In this document: positions 17,662 through 27,415 of the stretch, piece after piece
How positions within the stretch are numbered: the stretch's first letter is position 1
Layout: each line of letters starts with the position of its first letter
Assembly (NCBI GenBank): GCA_037142195.1
Contig: JBAXBA010000019.1
Location: 1 to 48,815 of the forward strand
Length of the DNA stretch: 48,815 nt
Direction of reading: 5' to 3'
Source: Pseudomonadota bacterium
Lineage (GTDB): Bacteria > Bdellovibrionota_B > Oligoflexia > Oligoflexales > CAIMVM01
The notes under the pieces: generated by a model
Told to the model about the DNA's origin: nothing
The model's database searches: none
What the model saw: only the letters and a program-made list of their open reading frames with translations
Position numbers and translations under genes: made by a program

Positions 17662-19344
17662 CTAAGGTAAGTCGCTAATTTTCTTCTCTATAATTTTTTT
17701 AAATTTCTCTGGCGGGTTTAAGTTTAGGGCCTCTGCATAGCTTCCTTTGGCCTCTTTCTCACGAAGCGCTTTCAAAAACGCTTCCCCAAGCTGGTAGTGG
17801 CTTTTCCAGTCCATGGGTGCAAGTTGCGTCATTCGTTTTAATGTTTTGATGCCTTGCGTATAATCTTTGGCGGAAACATAGCACCTGCCAAGGATTTCTG
17901 CTAAGGCTGCCTGTTGCTCTTTGCGTGGAACTTCAACCGGGGCTAGGAGGGCGATCACGTCTCGGCAGCGGCTGTCTTCTATATAGAAATTTCCAAGTTT
18001 CCACCAATAGTAACCATTGCTGGGAAAATCCTTTACGAGACTTTTATAGGCGAGCTCGATCCAGTCTTTGTTTAGGTTCTTTTCGATGAGGGGTAATAAT
18101 TTCAACGTTGTTTTTTCAGAAGATATATATGTCGTAGAGGCATCTTCTGTGTCTTCAGGCCCCAGCTCCTTACCTTGAGCTGCTTTAGAAAGAAGGGAAA
18201 TCCAAGTGAATTCGAAGGTTTCACGTAACCTAGGTAGGGACTTTATGGCGTTATTAATATTAGCGTAATCACGTTTAGCAAGGGCTGCGAGCATTTTTTC
18301 AGCAAGCGGAGCGATTCTCTTGTCGGTTTCCATTGCGATTCTCTGACTTACAGTGGCTGATTTCTTTAGAAAACCTTGGGAGGTATAGAGATCAACTAAA
18401 AGCTTGGAACAAGGGCGGTACCAGGGGTTCGCATTGACACAGACTTCCAAAGTCTTAATGGCTTCTTTAGGGTCAGTCTCAAGTTGAATCGTGGCCTTAT
18501 GCCAAAAGAGGTTTCCAATGCTGGCGTTGGTGTCGGTGGCTTTTTTAAAGGAATCTAAAACAGGATTGTAAAGCGCTATAGCGTCTTTGGACCTATCGCC
18601 TAATTCCAGACAGGCCCCCGTCATAAAGTACATGTTGGGTGTGAAGATCCCTTGGTTTACTCCTTCACGAGACATCTCCAAAACACGTTTGCAGTCGTTA
18701 CTTAAAATACTGGAAATCATAACGGCTTCCATGCCTAGAGAGTTTAAAGCTACCGCGGTATGAATCTCTTCAGACTTTAACTGCCAGCTGGGCTGCCATG
18801 GGCCTGACATGAGTCGTTTAAATTCGATTACAGATTGCTTTGTGAGAGTGTCTAGAGGTTCCAAGTCTTTCGTGAGACGCAAACCTATTGTGCTAAGGTC
18901 ATCAGCTACTGTCTTTCCATTACAAGTGATTTTGGAAATTTGACTGGAAGGAGTCATTTTTTTGAGAGCCGCGCAGTGGCTAGGAGCTGTTTGAATGGAG
19001 GAAAAGGTTTTGACTTCAGGAATATTTGCGGGAAGGGGAAGGTCTGACTTCAATTTAGGAGATGCTTCAATATAGAGATCTGTGGTCCCTTGGACGGATA
19101 GAAAGAACTTTACGGTCCGCGTAACAACACCAGGGCCCGATACAGTCAGTTCATTCCATCCTTGTTGTGCCTCGACGAGGAGAACTTCTGAACTCTTCAT
19201 TTCTCCGGCTAAAATTCCATCTTTAAGAACTGAAGCTGATTTGGCATTTGTTGCCAGCCTTAAGGCATTTTGCTTAGCCTCTTTTTTGAAGCTCTGTCCT
19301 AACGAGAGGCTTGAAAGGAAACTGAACAATAATAGGAATTTCAA
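17662..19344 (-). CDS. Exported tetratricopeptide repeat protein
   Basis: Signal peptide; repeated TPR patterns such as HYQLGEAFLKA...AKGSYAEALNLNP. Confidence 0.85.
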   Translation of the reverse strand: MKFLLLFSFLSSLSLGQSFKKEAKQNALRLATNAKSASVLKDGILAGEMKSSEVLLVEAQQGWNELTVSGPGVVTRTVKFFLSVQGTTDLYIEASPKLKSDLPLPANIPEVKTFSSIQTAPSHCAALKKMTPSSQISKITCNGKTVADDLSTIGLRLTKDLEPLDTLTKQSVIEFKRLMSGPWQPSWQLKSEEIHTAVALNSLGMEAVMISSILSNDCKRVLEMSREGVNQGIFTPNMYFMTGACLELGDRSKDAIALYNPVLDSFKKATDTNASIGNLFWHKATIQLETDPKEAIKTLEVCVNANPWYRPCSKLLVDLYTSQGFLKKSATVSQRIAMETDKRIAPLAEKMLAALAKRDYANINNAIKSLPRLRETFEFTWISLLSKAAQGKELGPEDTEDASTTYISSEKTTLKLLPLIEKNLNKDWIELAYKSLVKDFPSNGYYWWKLGNFYIEDSRCRDVIALLAPVEVPRKEQQAALAEILGRCYVSAKDYTQGIKTLKRMTQLAPMDWKSHYQLGEAFLKALREKEAKGSYAEALNLNPPEKFKKIIEKKISDLP

Positions 19345-19509
19345 TGGATGGCCTTTCCAGTTTGGTCTTTGGGAAGCGAAAAAAGTTGCCTGGAGTTATG
19401 ATACCATGGCCTCTTCAAAAATGTGGTTGACCCAAGCTTAGAGTTTGATAAAATCACCCTAGAACCCCAAAAAGCTAAAAACCATGAAACCGGGAAAAGG
19501 AATTCCAGG

Positions 19510-19725
19510 ATGAAGGTCATACCGTTTCCCGTTAGAAACAGGAATCACTATACCCAAGCAGCTGTGGAGCAGCACCTGCACGAGGTAGCTCAGGGTGCGC
19601 TCGATATGATTGCCGAATCCATTTCGGCCACAGCGAGGACTCAACATGAAGTCCGTGTGCAAATGATACACATCCTTGAGAAACTGGGCGAAGTAGCACA
19701 GGACTTAAAGACAGCGGAGTCTTAA
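19510..19725 (+). CDS. Small hypothetical protein
   Basis: MKVIPFP start after AAAAGG; helical composition; fills the gap before the desaturase. Confidence 0.55.
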   Translation: MKVIPFPVRNRNHYTQAAVEQHLHEVAQGALDMIAESISATARTQHEVRVQMIHILEKLGEVAQDLKTAES

Positions 19726-19843
19726 ATTAGCTAGTATAATTGGCGGTTTGACAATTCTTTTACGCAATGTTTACCGAAGACTTACACTGATTTTTCTTGG
19801 TATGCCGTAAAGTATCCCTAGTCACTTCAGGGAGGACTTATCC

Positions 19844-20734
19844 ATGGATAACAAGATTACAAAAAACTGGCCGCTCATTACTTTTTTTGCGATTTATCAT
19901 CTTTTAGCTGTAATAGCGTTATTTCATTTTTCTTGGACCGGCTTTTATTCCTTCTTGGTTCTGTATTTTATTACGGGTTGCTTGGGCATCACGATGGGCT
20001 ATCACCGTTATTTTACCCACAGGACTTTCAAGGCCAGTAAGCTTTTAGAGCGTATTTTGGCGATCTCAGGCACTCTGTCTCTGCAGGGATCTGTTATGAT
20101 GTGGGTCGGCCATCACCGCATGCACCATGCGGGATCAGATACGGAGAGAGACCCTCACAATGCTGAGAATGGGTTTTGGTATAGTCATATGGGCTGGATG
20201 TTTTATAATAATCCAGCTTTTGACGATGAAGCAAAACTAAGGAAGTTTGCGCGAGATTTAACTCCCGATCCCTTTTTGATGTGGCTTTGCAAGCCTAGCG
20301 TCATGATAGGAATGCAAGTTCTTTTAGGTGCGGTCCTGTTTGCAATAGGCGGTCTTTCCACCCTTCTGTGGGGATCTTTCTTTAGGACTGTTTTTCTCTA
20401 TCATTCGACTTGGCTAGTGAATTCAGCTGCCCATATTTGGGGCTATAAGAATTTCAAAACCAATGACCGTGCCACCAACAATTGGATGGTCGCTTTGCTC
20501 TCTTGGGGGGAAGGCTGGCATAACAATCATCATGCCTATGGGGAGTCCGTAAAGTCAGGATTCCGGTTTTGGGAAATTGACATCACTTATATGGTTATTC
20601 GACTTTGTAAGTTTTTTGGACAAGCCTGGGATTTAAAGTACGTGATGCCAGGACAGGCTTCTGGAACTTTGATAGATCTATCTGCGTCGGCAAGTATTGC
20701 CGATCCTTTGGCGGCGTCTGCAAAAATACGTTAA
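19844..20734 (+). CDS. Acyl-CoA/acyl-lipid delta-9 desaturase
   Basis: His boxes HRYFTH, HRMHH and GEGWHNNHH; GGAGG RBS. Confidence 0.95.
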   Translation: MDNKITKNWPLITFFAIYHLLAVIALFHFSWTGFYSFLVLYFITGCLGITMGYHRYFTHRTFKASKLLERILAISGTLSLQGSVMMWVGHHRMHHAGSDTERDPHNAENGFWYSHMGWMFYNNPAFDDEAKLRKFARDLTPDPFLMWLCKPSVMIGMQVLLGAVLFAIGGLSTLLWGSFFRTVFLYHSTWLVNSAAHIWGYKNFKTNDRATNNWMVALLSWGEGWHNNHHAYGESVKSGFRFWEIDITYMVIRLCKFFGQAWDLKYVMPGQASGTLIDLSASASIADPLAASAKIR

Positions 20735-20749
20735 GCCTCTGTGAGATTC

Positions 20750-20786
20750 AAAAGGCCCAAACCTTAGCGAGTTTGGGTTTTTTTTT
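20750..20786 (+). terminator. Intrinsic terminator
   Basis: CCCAAAC/GTTTGGG stem followed by a long T tract. Confidence 0.85.
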
Positions 20787-20870
20787 ACTCGGTAACTCCC
20801 ACTTAGCTCGGACCGTCCCAAATACAGTTATAATAGTCTTTTAATTAGGTTGTTGAGGGGTGGGTTAAAC

Positions 20871-22055
20871 ATGCAAAGGCAGAGTTCAATCAGTCAGGGC
20901 GGCGCTTGGATTCTAGGCGTCGTATTAAGTGGCGGTGTTTTCGGGGGAGCTTACGGTTTATTAAAAAACTACACCCTTAAATCCTCTAAGCCCACCCATG
21001 CCGCCCATGGAGAAGAAGATGCCCATGGAAAAGAAGCTGCCCATGATGAAGAAGCCTCCCACGGCAGCTCCCATAAAGCTGACGAAGGCTCTCACGGGGC
21101 TGCTCAAGCTGGTGAGGAACATGACTCCCCAAAAGAGGGCTCCTCTGCAAGCCATGGTGCCAAAGATACCCATGGGGCCGAGGCTGGCGCACATGGTGGT
21201 GGCGATAAGTCACACGACTCGGCTGAGGCAAAACACGGCAAGGAAGGGGAACCCGAAGGCGATCACTCGGAATCTCCAGACGGCAAGATTCATGAGGCGG
21301 AAAGAGCTCAGAAAGATAAGGCAGAAAAAGGCCATCAGGAACAAGGAAGCGTTGCTAAAGCTAAAGGAGATGTTCACTGGGCTTATGAAGGGCGTCTAGG
21401 GCCAAGATTTTGGGGGAATATCGCGGATGACTTTATAACTTGTGAAAAAGGTACTAAACAGTCCCCCTTGGATCTTGTTGATGCGGAGAAAGATGCGCGT
21501 CTTCAGCCGATAGAGTTTCATTATGAAGCGCAAGACATTGCCTTTGAGAATAACGGACACACTCTTATAGCCAAGTACCCGAATCCTGGAAATTATATCC
21601 GCCACGGTGACGACAAATATAACCTGATTCAGTTTCATGTTCATGCTCCCAGTGAGCATTTTGTAGATGGTGCACCCTATGACTTAGAAGTGCATTTGGT
21701 CCATCAAAATGCCGCAGGAAAACTCCTAGTGGTAGGCGTCTTAATGGAAGCCCTTGGAAAGGGAAGTCCAGCATTAGAACCACTTTGGAAAGATCTGCCC
21801 CTTTCTGTGGGGTCACGTGGACCAACTATAAAATTCAATTCGGAATCTCTCTTGCCTAAAAAACGTGAGTATTGGAGTTATGATGGTTCCTTGACAACTC
21901 CGCCTTGCTCGGAAGGAGTGAAGTGGTACGTCATGTCTCAACCTATTCAAATATCCGTACGTCAAGTGGATCAGTTTCAAGCCGCCTATCGAAAAAACGC
22001 TCGACCTCCCCAACCGCTCCTAGGAAGAAAGATTTTAAAAACGAGATCTTTTTAG
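20871..22055 (+). CDS. Alpha-class carbonic anhydrase with membrane anchor and His-rich linker
   Basis: HWAYEG, QSPLD, NNGHT, QFHVHAPSEH, EVHLVH, YDGSLTTPPCSEGV, NARPPQP. Confidence 0.95.
   Translation: MQRQSSISQGGAWILGVVLSGGVFGGAYGLLKNYTLKSSKPTHAAHGEEDAHGKEAAHDEEASHGSSHKADEGSHGAAQAGEEHDSPKEGSSASHGAKDTHGAEAGAHGGGDKSHDSAEAKHGKEGEPEGDHSESPDGKIHEAERAQKDKAEKGHQEQGSVAKAKGDVHWAYEGRLGPRFWGNIADDFITCEKGTKQSPLDLVDAEKDARLQPIEFHYEAQDIAFENNGHTLIAKYPNPGNYIRHGDDKYNLIQFHVHAPSEHFVDGAPYDLEVHLVHQNAAGKLLVVGVLMEALGKGSPALEPLWKDLPLSVGSRGPTIKFNSESLLPKKREYWSYDGSLTTPPCSEGVKWYVMSQPIQISVRQVDQFQAAYRKNARPPQPLLGRKILKTRSF
21003..21056 (+). repeat. Three 18-bp intragenic tandem repeats encoding AHGEED / AHGKEA / AHDEEA
   Basis: GCCCATGGAGAAGAAGAT, GCCCATGGAAAAGAAGCT, GCCCATGATGAAGAAGCC. 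Confidence 0.85.
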
Positions 22056-22083
22056 GAGCCACAAATACTAAGGCCAAAGGAAG

Positions 22084-22245
22084 ATGGACGAAAAAAACGT
22101 AGTGAACTTAAATGATGCCAGAAAAAAGAAAACGTCTGAGCTAAAGAAAAGTTTAAATCCCAACAAGTTCAAATTTTGGCATTGGCTTCAATTTTTGGGT
22201 CTTTTAGCCATAACGTCACTCATGCTACAAAAGTGTGGAATGTAG
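22084..22245 (+). CDS. Small 53-aa membrane protein, below the ORF-track cutoff
   Basis: AAAGGAAG RBS; MDEKNVVNLNDARKKK...FWHWLQFLGLLAITSLMLQKCGM. Confidence 0.7.
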   Translation: MDEKNVVNLNDARKKKTSELKKSLNPNKFKFWHWLQFLGLLAITSLMLQKCGM

Positions 22246-22258
22246 GAGTAGTTTTAGG

Positions 22259-22540
22259 TTAAAGATCTAATTGTTGAAATAGAAGTTCTACAGGCGTGGA
22301 GTCTGCTTTTTTGGTGTTACACGATTTGCAGCTAACGACGATATTGCCTTTTGTGGTTTCTCCGCCTCTTGATAGAGGGACGATATGATCCAGTGTTGCG
22401 AGTTCCAAATCTAAAGAGACATCGCAGTAGTGGCACTTTCCATCATTTCTAACTTTGTTGGACCACCAAGGGGATTTACGAAGAAGCCTTGCTTTAGCTT
22501 TTTCTTTCTTGATATGTGCCATGCGACGATCAAAATCCAA
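22259..22540 (-). CDS. Small HNH endonuclease
   Basis: KEKAKARLLRKSPWW, CHYC, TLDHIVPLSRGG, NIVVSCKSCN; TTG start after GGAGG. Confidence 0.9.
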   Translation of the reverse strand: MDFDRRMAHIKKEKAKARLLRKSPWWSNKVRNDGKCHYCDVSLDLELATLDHIVPLSRGGETTKGNIVVSCKSCNTKKADSTPVELLFQQLDL

Positions 22541-22930
22541 TTCCCACCCTCCGGTTCGGTGCCCCCTTCTATCATAGAGGAGAGCCCATCCACAAGGTGT
22601 CAGCATGAGAAGTCCGATAAATGGTCTAAGAATAAAGTATTTTTAGGGGTTTAGGTTCCTTTTGATTCTATGGAAGCTTAGCTTTTCGAAGCTCGTAGAT
22701 GTCGGATTTTTCAAGAAGCTGCCTGGTATGAGGAGGATGTTTCCTTCTTTTCAAAGCTCATTTACCAATCGACACTTCAAAGAAGTTGTTCCTATCTACA
22801 CGACAAGGCGCTCGGTTTCTTGGGAGCTTAATCCTCAGAAAAACTTTTGCCCCAAGTCCAAATTTCTAAGGGACTTCTCGATCTCTTTCAGCGAAATTTC
22901 TAGATAACTTAAACTATATTGTAAAAGAGA

Positions 22931-23278
22931 TCAGCTATAAGTTCTTACTTGCCTGGCATGCTTGCGAAGTTGCTCTAGGGATTCTTCCCAAGTCGGATGG
23001 GCGGACACTTCAAAATGAAACGTATAACTTTGATCTGCTAATTTGCCAAAGACTTTCATAGCAGCTAAGTGAGGGCCGCTTCGCACGAAACGAAGCATAG
23101 AGGCTTCATCTTTCCAAACTGTTAGGGTGCGTTGAACCAGCAATCCATTGGATTTCGTGGAAATGGAAATGAGGCCATTTGAGAGTCTTGCCTGCTTATG
23201 GGATCGAATGGCATGGGGGATGAATTTAAGATAGCACAAAAAGTTTTTTAGATTTAGCTCGGTGACGGATGCAATCAT
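22931..23278 (-). CDS. DUF3291 / antibiotic-biosynthesis-monooxygenase-like protein
   Basis: RTLTVWKDEASMLRFVRSGPHLAAMK...PTWEE. Confidence 0.75.
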   Translation of the reverse strand: MIASVTELNLKNFLCYLKFIPHAIRSHKQARLSNGLISISTKSNGLLVQRTLTVWKDEASMLRFVRSGPHLAAMKVFGKLADQSYTFHFEVSAHPTWEESLEQLRKHARQVRTYS

Positions 23279-23603
23279 ACTTTGTCCTTACAAAAGGTTC
23301 GAGGCTGAAACTTGTATTTCTAGGGAGTGGTGGAGATAAAAGTCATAGAACTCGTGTCTATCATTTTAACAAGCAGGTGGAATCTGTTCTAGGACTCATT
23401 TCAGTATTTGATGGGAATATAAGATGATCAGCCAAAGTGTTTCAGGTCTTCGCGACTCAACTAGGAGGAACGAGTCTACCGGTAAAATCGTAACCCTAGA
23501 ATCCTCCGTGAGGTATCATTAATGTCAATTAAACCTGCTCCGATCGGTCTCATAATGCAGCATATTTGCCATGTGTTAGGCCAAATGTCTTTTGGGGATT
23601 TTT

Positions 23604-23683
23604 GTGTATATAGCGAGAAAAAACTATTCTTTCTAAAGAATTCAACGAAAAGTCTATGATTCTCCTGGGACCTCGGCAAACGG
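23604..23683 (+). pseudogene. 5' remnant of an AAA_14/DUF4143-type ATPase
   Basis: GTG-YIARK, frameshift in an A run, then TILSKEFNEKSMILLGPRQT breaking before GKT. Confidence 0.55.
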
Positions 23684-23912
23684 TTTCGCCAGTGGTTGGA
23701 ATCGGTAGACACCGCGGGCGCATCCTGTCCAGAGAAAGTGCTTGTTTTGCTTTTAAATCCTAAGCTTGATTCACTGGGCCACTACAAAACTCACCATAAC
23801 CAAAAATTGTCCACCCGTGCGAGGTCCATTCTTTAAGGGTCGTAGAAGGTTTTGGCTAATTTTAGCGTTTGAAAACCAATTTTTTAAAGATCCAGGATCT
23901 TCTTTTTATGAT

Positions 23913-25193
23913 TTATTTGATGCGCACGAAGTTGATTTTACCAGACGATGGGACCATTTTTTTTGACTCGAGTCGGATTTGATAGGAATCCAATTCTCTT
24001 TCAGATTGCACGCGAGCTACATAAATACTTTGTGGGAGCAGGGTCCAAGATCTTGTGTCAGCCGTTTCCGTAGATGCCATGATAATATTGGCTAGAAGGC
24101 CCCCTAACGGCCCAAAGTTTCTATCAGCCGCGTCTGTAATTTTTGATTTTGCTATAAGCCTGGCAATGGATTTCAAAGTATACCGAGTTCTCTTATCCTC
24201 TAAAGTTTCTCGGCCGATCTCTGAAAAATCTATGGCTTCCCCAAATACGGGCGATTGACCTGGAATTTGAACTTGGGGCGGCGATCGGGAATAGCCAGTT
24301 CTAATAACTGGCCAAGAATAACGAACTACTTGATTATTGATGGGAAGCATAAAGGATTCAGATACTTTTCTGGCAACAGCACCTGTTTCTGCAATAAAGA
24401 AAGTGCTTTTAGTGGTGAGAGGAAAGCTATACTTTTGAAAAACTTTAGGAAAGGAAGTTTTTAAATCCTTCAAGCGGTCTGCCCGATTTCTAATGGTGGC
24501 AACATTAGCATATCCAACAACTAAGGACTCAGGGACGCCTTGGGAAAACTTTGAAAACTTTCCTTGATAGGCTTTGAGTGCCTTTTCATAGTCGATAATG
24601 GCATCGTCCCATTCGCCTTTTGCTTCGTAAATAACGGCAGAAAGCAGCCATGCAAATCCATCTTCTGAATATTTGTTAGGATTTTCTTCGTAGGTTTGAT
24701 TCATCTCGGCAATTTTATTGTTGATCTTTCGCGCTTCAACTCTTGCCTCCGAAAGCAATCCCTCTTCTAAAAAAGATAAAGCCAAAAAAGTATGGATCGC
24801 TACTTTTTCAAAATCTTCTCCTGGGTATTCAGTTTGATCTTCGCTAACTAAGTAGGTGGCGATTTCCTTTGAGACGCTTTTCGTATAGAGCTCATCCGCT
24901 AACTTACTGGCATCCAGAAGCAATTTCCTTGAGGACTTAAGCTGGCCCATGCGATCCAGGATCATCGCCTTTTCCAGCATGTAGAGTAGGGCATTGCGAC
25001 TCTGTTCCTTGATTTCTGATGCTTCCAAAGTAGCGAGAGCATCGTCATAGCGCGACTGCACAAAAGAGGAGTGAACCGCCTCAGTTTGTTCCGTATAGCT
25101 TGCGCATGAGGACAAGAGGAACAAGGAAGCTAGTAAGAAAAAAGAAGCCCCATGGAGGCAGCTTCCTAAGTATCTAGGGAACGAATCTCTCAA
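23913..25193 (-). CDS. COG3014-family TPR lipoprotein
   Basis: Lipobox LSSC; YPGEDFE, ARVEAR and ETADTRSWTLLP; adjacent to lpoB. Confidence 0.88.
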   Translation of the reverse strand: MRDSFPRYLGSCLHGASFFLLASLFLLSSCASYTEQTEAVHSSFVQSRYDDALATLEASEIKEQSRNALLYMLEKAMILDRMGQLKSSRKLLLDASKLADELYTKSVSKEIATYLVSEDQTEYPGEDFEKVAIHTFLALSFLEEGLLSEARVEARKINNKIAEMNQTYEENPNKYSEDGFAWLLSAVIYEAKGEWDDAIIDYEKALKAYQGKFSKFSQGVPESLVVGYANVATIRNRADRLKDLKTSFPKVFQKYSFPLTTKSTFFIAETGAVARKVSESFMLPINNQVVRYSWPVIRTGYSRSPPQVQIPGQSPVFGEAIDFSEIGRETLEDKRTRYTLKSIARLIAKSKITDAADRNFGPLGGLLANIIMASTETADTRSWTLLPQSIYVARVQSERELDSYQIRLESKKMVPSSGKINFVRIK

Positions 25194-25819
25194 AATTTAC
25201 TTCCTGATTTTTTGAACCTCTTTTTAATGAGGTATTTGTCGCTCCAAATAATTTCAGCAGTTTCTAGATCTGTGAGCCGAAGAGTTGTTTGGTAGGTGAC
25301 CGTTTTTAGTCCGTCGTTGCTTGCCACTATGCTCGTAAGGCCACCGGAAAGAAGGAAGTCGGCACCGATCTGTTTTCCTTTCTTCTTAGATGTGTTTTGA
25401 TTAACCATGCCAGAATCATTTTGATATTTCAGTTCTGCAAGAATTTTTTCACGATTGGCAGCATCCGCGAATCTAACTTTACCTGAGTTGATGATTTCGT
25501 CTTGGAGATACTCAAACAATGCTTTGGTGTCGATATGCTCGTCTGTTCGGTTTTCTATTTCACCAACTACCACCAAAGGTCTCTGGCCAGCGTTTGCTTT
25601 TTTGAAGTTTGTAAGCCAAGATTTCTCTAATAGACCCTGAATCATCGTTTCAGCGGTCTTCCGAGCATCTGTTTCGTTCCATCTGTCGTCTACAATTTCC
25701 ACACTGGTAGGGTCGGCATATTCAGCCTGGGTAGTCGATGTACACGATGTTTGAAAATGCATAAAAAAAGCAGCCGAGCTTATGAGTTTTAGAAGGTTAC
25801 TGCGGTTTGCATACATCAT
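25190..25819 (-). CDS. lpoB: Penicillin-binding protein activator LpoB family lipoprotein
   Basis: IENRTDEHIDT, NSGKVRF, GADFLLSG, LTDLETAEIIWS. Confidence 0.88.
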   Translation of the reverse strand: MMYANRSNLLKLISSAAFFMHFQTSCTSTTQAEYADPTSVEIVDDRWNETDARKTAETMIQGLLEKSWLTNFKKANAGQRPLVVVGEIENRTDEHIDTKALFEYLQDEIINSGKVRFADAANREKILAELKYQNDSGMVNQNTSKKKGKQIGADFLLSGGLTSIVASNDGLKTVTYQTTLRLTDLETAEIIWSDKYLIKKRFKKSGSKF

Positions 25820-25928
25820 ATTGAATCCTCTTATTCCTGAAGTTTTAAAATGAATCTTGAATTTACAAGTCCATGATATAATAACAGGGACAAGATCTCA
25901 CTATAAATAGAAGAGAATAGAGGTGATT

Positions 25929-26300
25929 ATGCGTCAATTTTTTCTGATTGCTCTATTTTTGGTCAGCCCCGTTGCGTGGGGGCGTAATATTTTTCTCAAT
26001 GGAAAAGATGTTTCCTCAGCAACCGGCAAGAAGTTAGAAGGGGTAAATATTTCCATTGCTGAAAATGGCGATGTCTATATTTCGGCTCCCCAATATCAAG
26101 TATTAGAGGAAGTGAGTTATACGCCTTTAGGTCAAGGATCAAAAGACACGAAAGCCGCTGCGCTGCCCGAGTCTCGCAGCCGCATTCCGTCTTCGCTTTC
26201 GTCTTCAATATCATCATCTCTGCCTGATTCTCCCGCCTCCGATATGGCAAAAGACATTCCCTTAGAGGAAAAGCCAGGCAGCAAAGCCAACCCCCAATGA
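25929..26300 (+). CDS. Hypothetical exported protein
   Basis: Signal peptide ending AWG; IFLNGKDVS domain and a Ser/Pro-rich tail. Confidence 0.75.
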   Translation: MRQFFLIALFLVSPVAWGRNIFLNGKDVSSATGKKLEGVNISIAENGDVYISAPQYQVLEEVSYTPLGQGSKDTKAAALPESRSRIPSSLSSSISSSLPDSPASDMAKDIPLEEKPGSKANPQ

Positions 26301-26385
26301 AGCGATGACCCAGCAAAAAAGAGCTTGCATGTTTACGGCGAGGCGCTTTTAATCGTCAAGAATGAGGCGGCTTCGGAGTTTTCTA

Positions 26386-27078
26386 ATGTCTTCCCTTACA
26401 GATCGATACCATGAAATTAAAGAACGTATGGCTGCTGCAGCGGCGGTATGCCATAGGTCTCCTGATGAGATGGAATGCATAGCCGTGAGCAAGTTTCAAT
26501 CGATTGAAGATATCATCTCCGTGGCTCAATTAGGACATAGGCTTTTCGGTGAGAATTATGTGGATGAGCTTGTTCAAAAAGCCGAGGCCCTGTCTCACTT
26601 AAATCTCCACTGGGTGTTTATTGGACAGATTCAATCAAACAAAATTGTAAAACTTATGGTCTGGGCGAGTGAAATACAAACTGTGACGCAAGAAAAGCAG
26701 CTGCGGCTCATTTCCAAATGTCTTGAAAAGCAAAACCGCAAGGATTTTCCCATTTACATCCAAGTGAATTTAGATCCCGACGATCCCAGGCTTGGCCTTG
26801 GGGCTGAAGAGGCACAGAATCTTAGCAAGAAAATCATGCTAGAGTATCCACGACTTACTTTGCAGGGCATTATGTCCATTCCTTCTGAAAAAATTTCAGC
26901 CGCAGCATCCCTTGATGGGAGTCCACCAGAACTCTTTATGGAGCTTTCTAAGCTCGCAAAAAAAATTGGCCGCGGTAAGTTGTCTCTTGGTATGAGCCAG
27001 GATTTGGAAGCAGCGATAGCCTCTGGCTCTAACTGCATCAGAGTCGGAACTGCCATCTTTGGAAAAAGAGTGGGATAG
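26386..27078 (+). CDS. yggS: PLP homeostasis protein YggS
   Basis: AVSK, FGENYVDE, FIGQIQSNK, LSLGMSQD, RVGTAIFG. Confidence 0.95.
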   Translation: MSSLTDRYHEIKERMAAAAAVCHRSPDEMECIAVSKFQSIEDIISVAQLGHRLFGENYVDELVQKAEALSHLNLHWVFIGQIQSNKIVKLMVWASEIQTVTQEKQLRLISKCLEKQNRKDFPIYIQVNLDPDDPRLGLGAEEAQNLSKKIMLEYPRLTLQGIMSIPSEKISAAASLDGSPPELFMELSKLAKKIGRGKLSLGMSQDLEAAIASGSNCIRVGTAIFGKRVG

Positions 27079-27133
27079 CCTTGAATTTCTAAAATGGAAA
27101 GCTATAATATTAGGAAAATAGGGAGAATGTCAC

Positions 27134-27412
27134 ATGGGTTTGGTTTTTGGCCTTTGGTCTGTCATTCAATTAATTTTAAATATGCTGCAAGTTCTCATTT
27201 TTGCTTCAGTGATTGCCAGCTGGCTTGACGCTGATCCAAGAAATCGCTTCGTGCAAATGATCCATGCCATTACGGAACCTATTTACCGGATGGTTAAGCC
27301 CCTAACCAGGCATATTCCAGGTCCTATAGACTGGGCTCCTTTTTTGATTCTGCTCATTATCGTCTTTCTGGAAAGGACTGGCGGATATTATTTTGGACGA
27401 CCGGGGTTTTAA
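27134..27412 (+). CDS. yggT: YggT family membrane protein
   Basis: SW...DPRN..VQMIHAITEPIY...IDWAP; follows yggS. Confidence 0.92.
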   Translation: MGLVFGLWSVIQLILNMLQVLIFASVIASWLDADPRNRFVQMIHAITEPIYRMVKPLTRHIPGPIDWAPFLILLIIVFLERTGGYYFGRPGF

Positions 27413-27415
27413 GCC

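Noticed and set aside
20998..21399. Alternative-frame ORF with MEKKMP repeats
   Set aside because: Shadow of the 18-bp repeats inside the carbonic anhydrase linker
22259..22540. HNH protein as a defence or homing nuclease
   Set aside because: Resembles a widespread stand-alone small HNH type; no methylase, intron or defence partner adjacent
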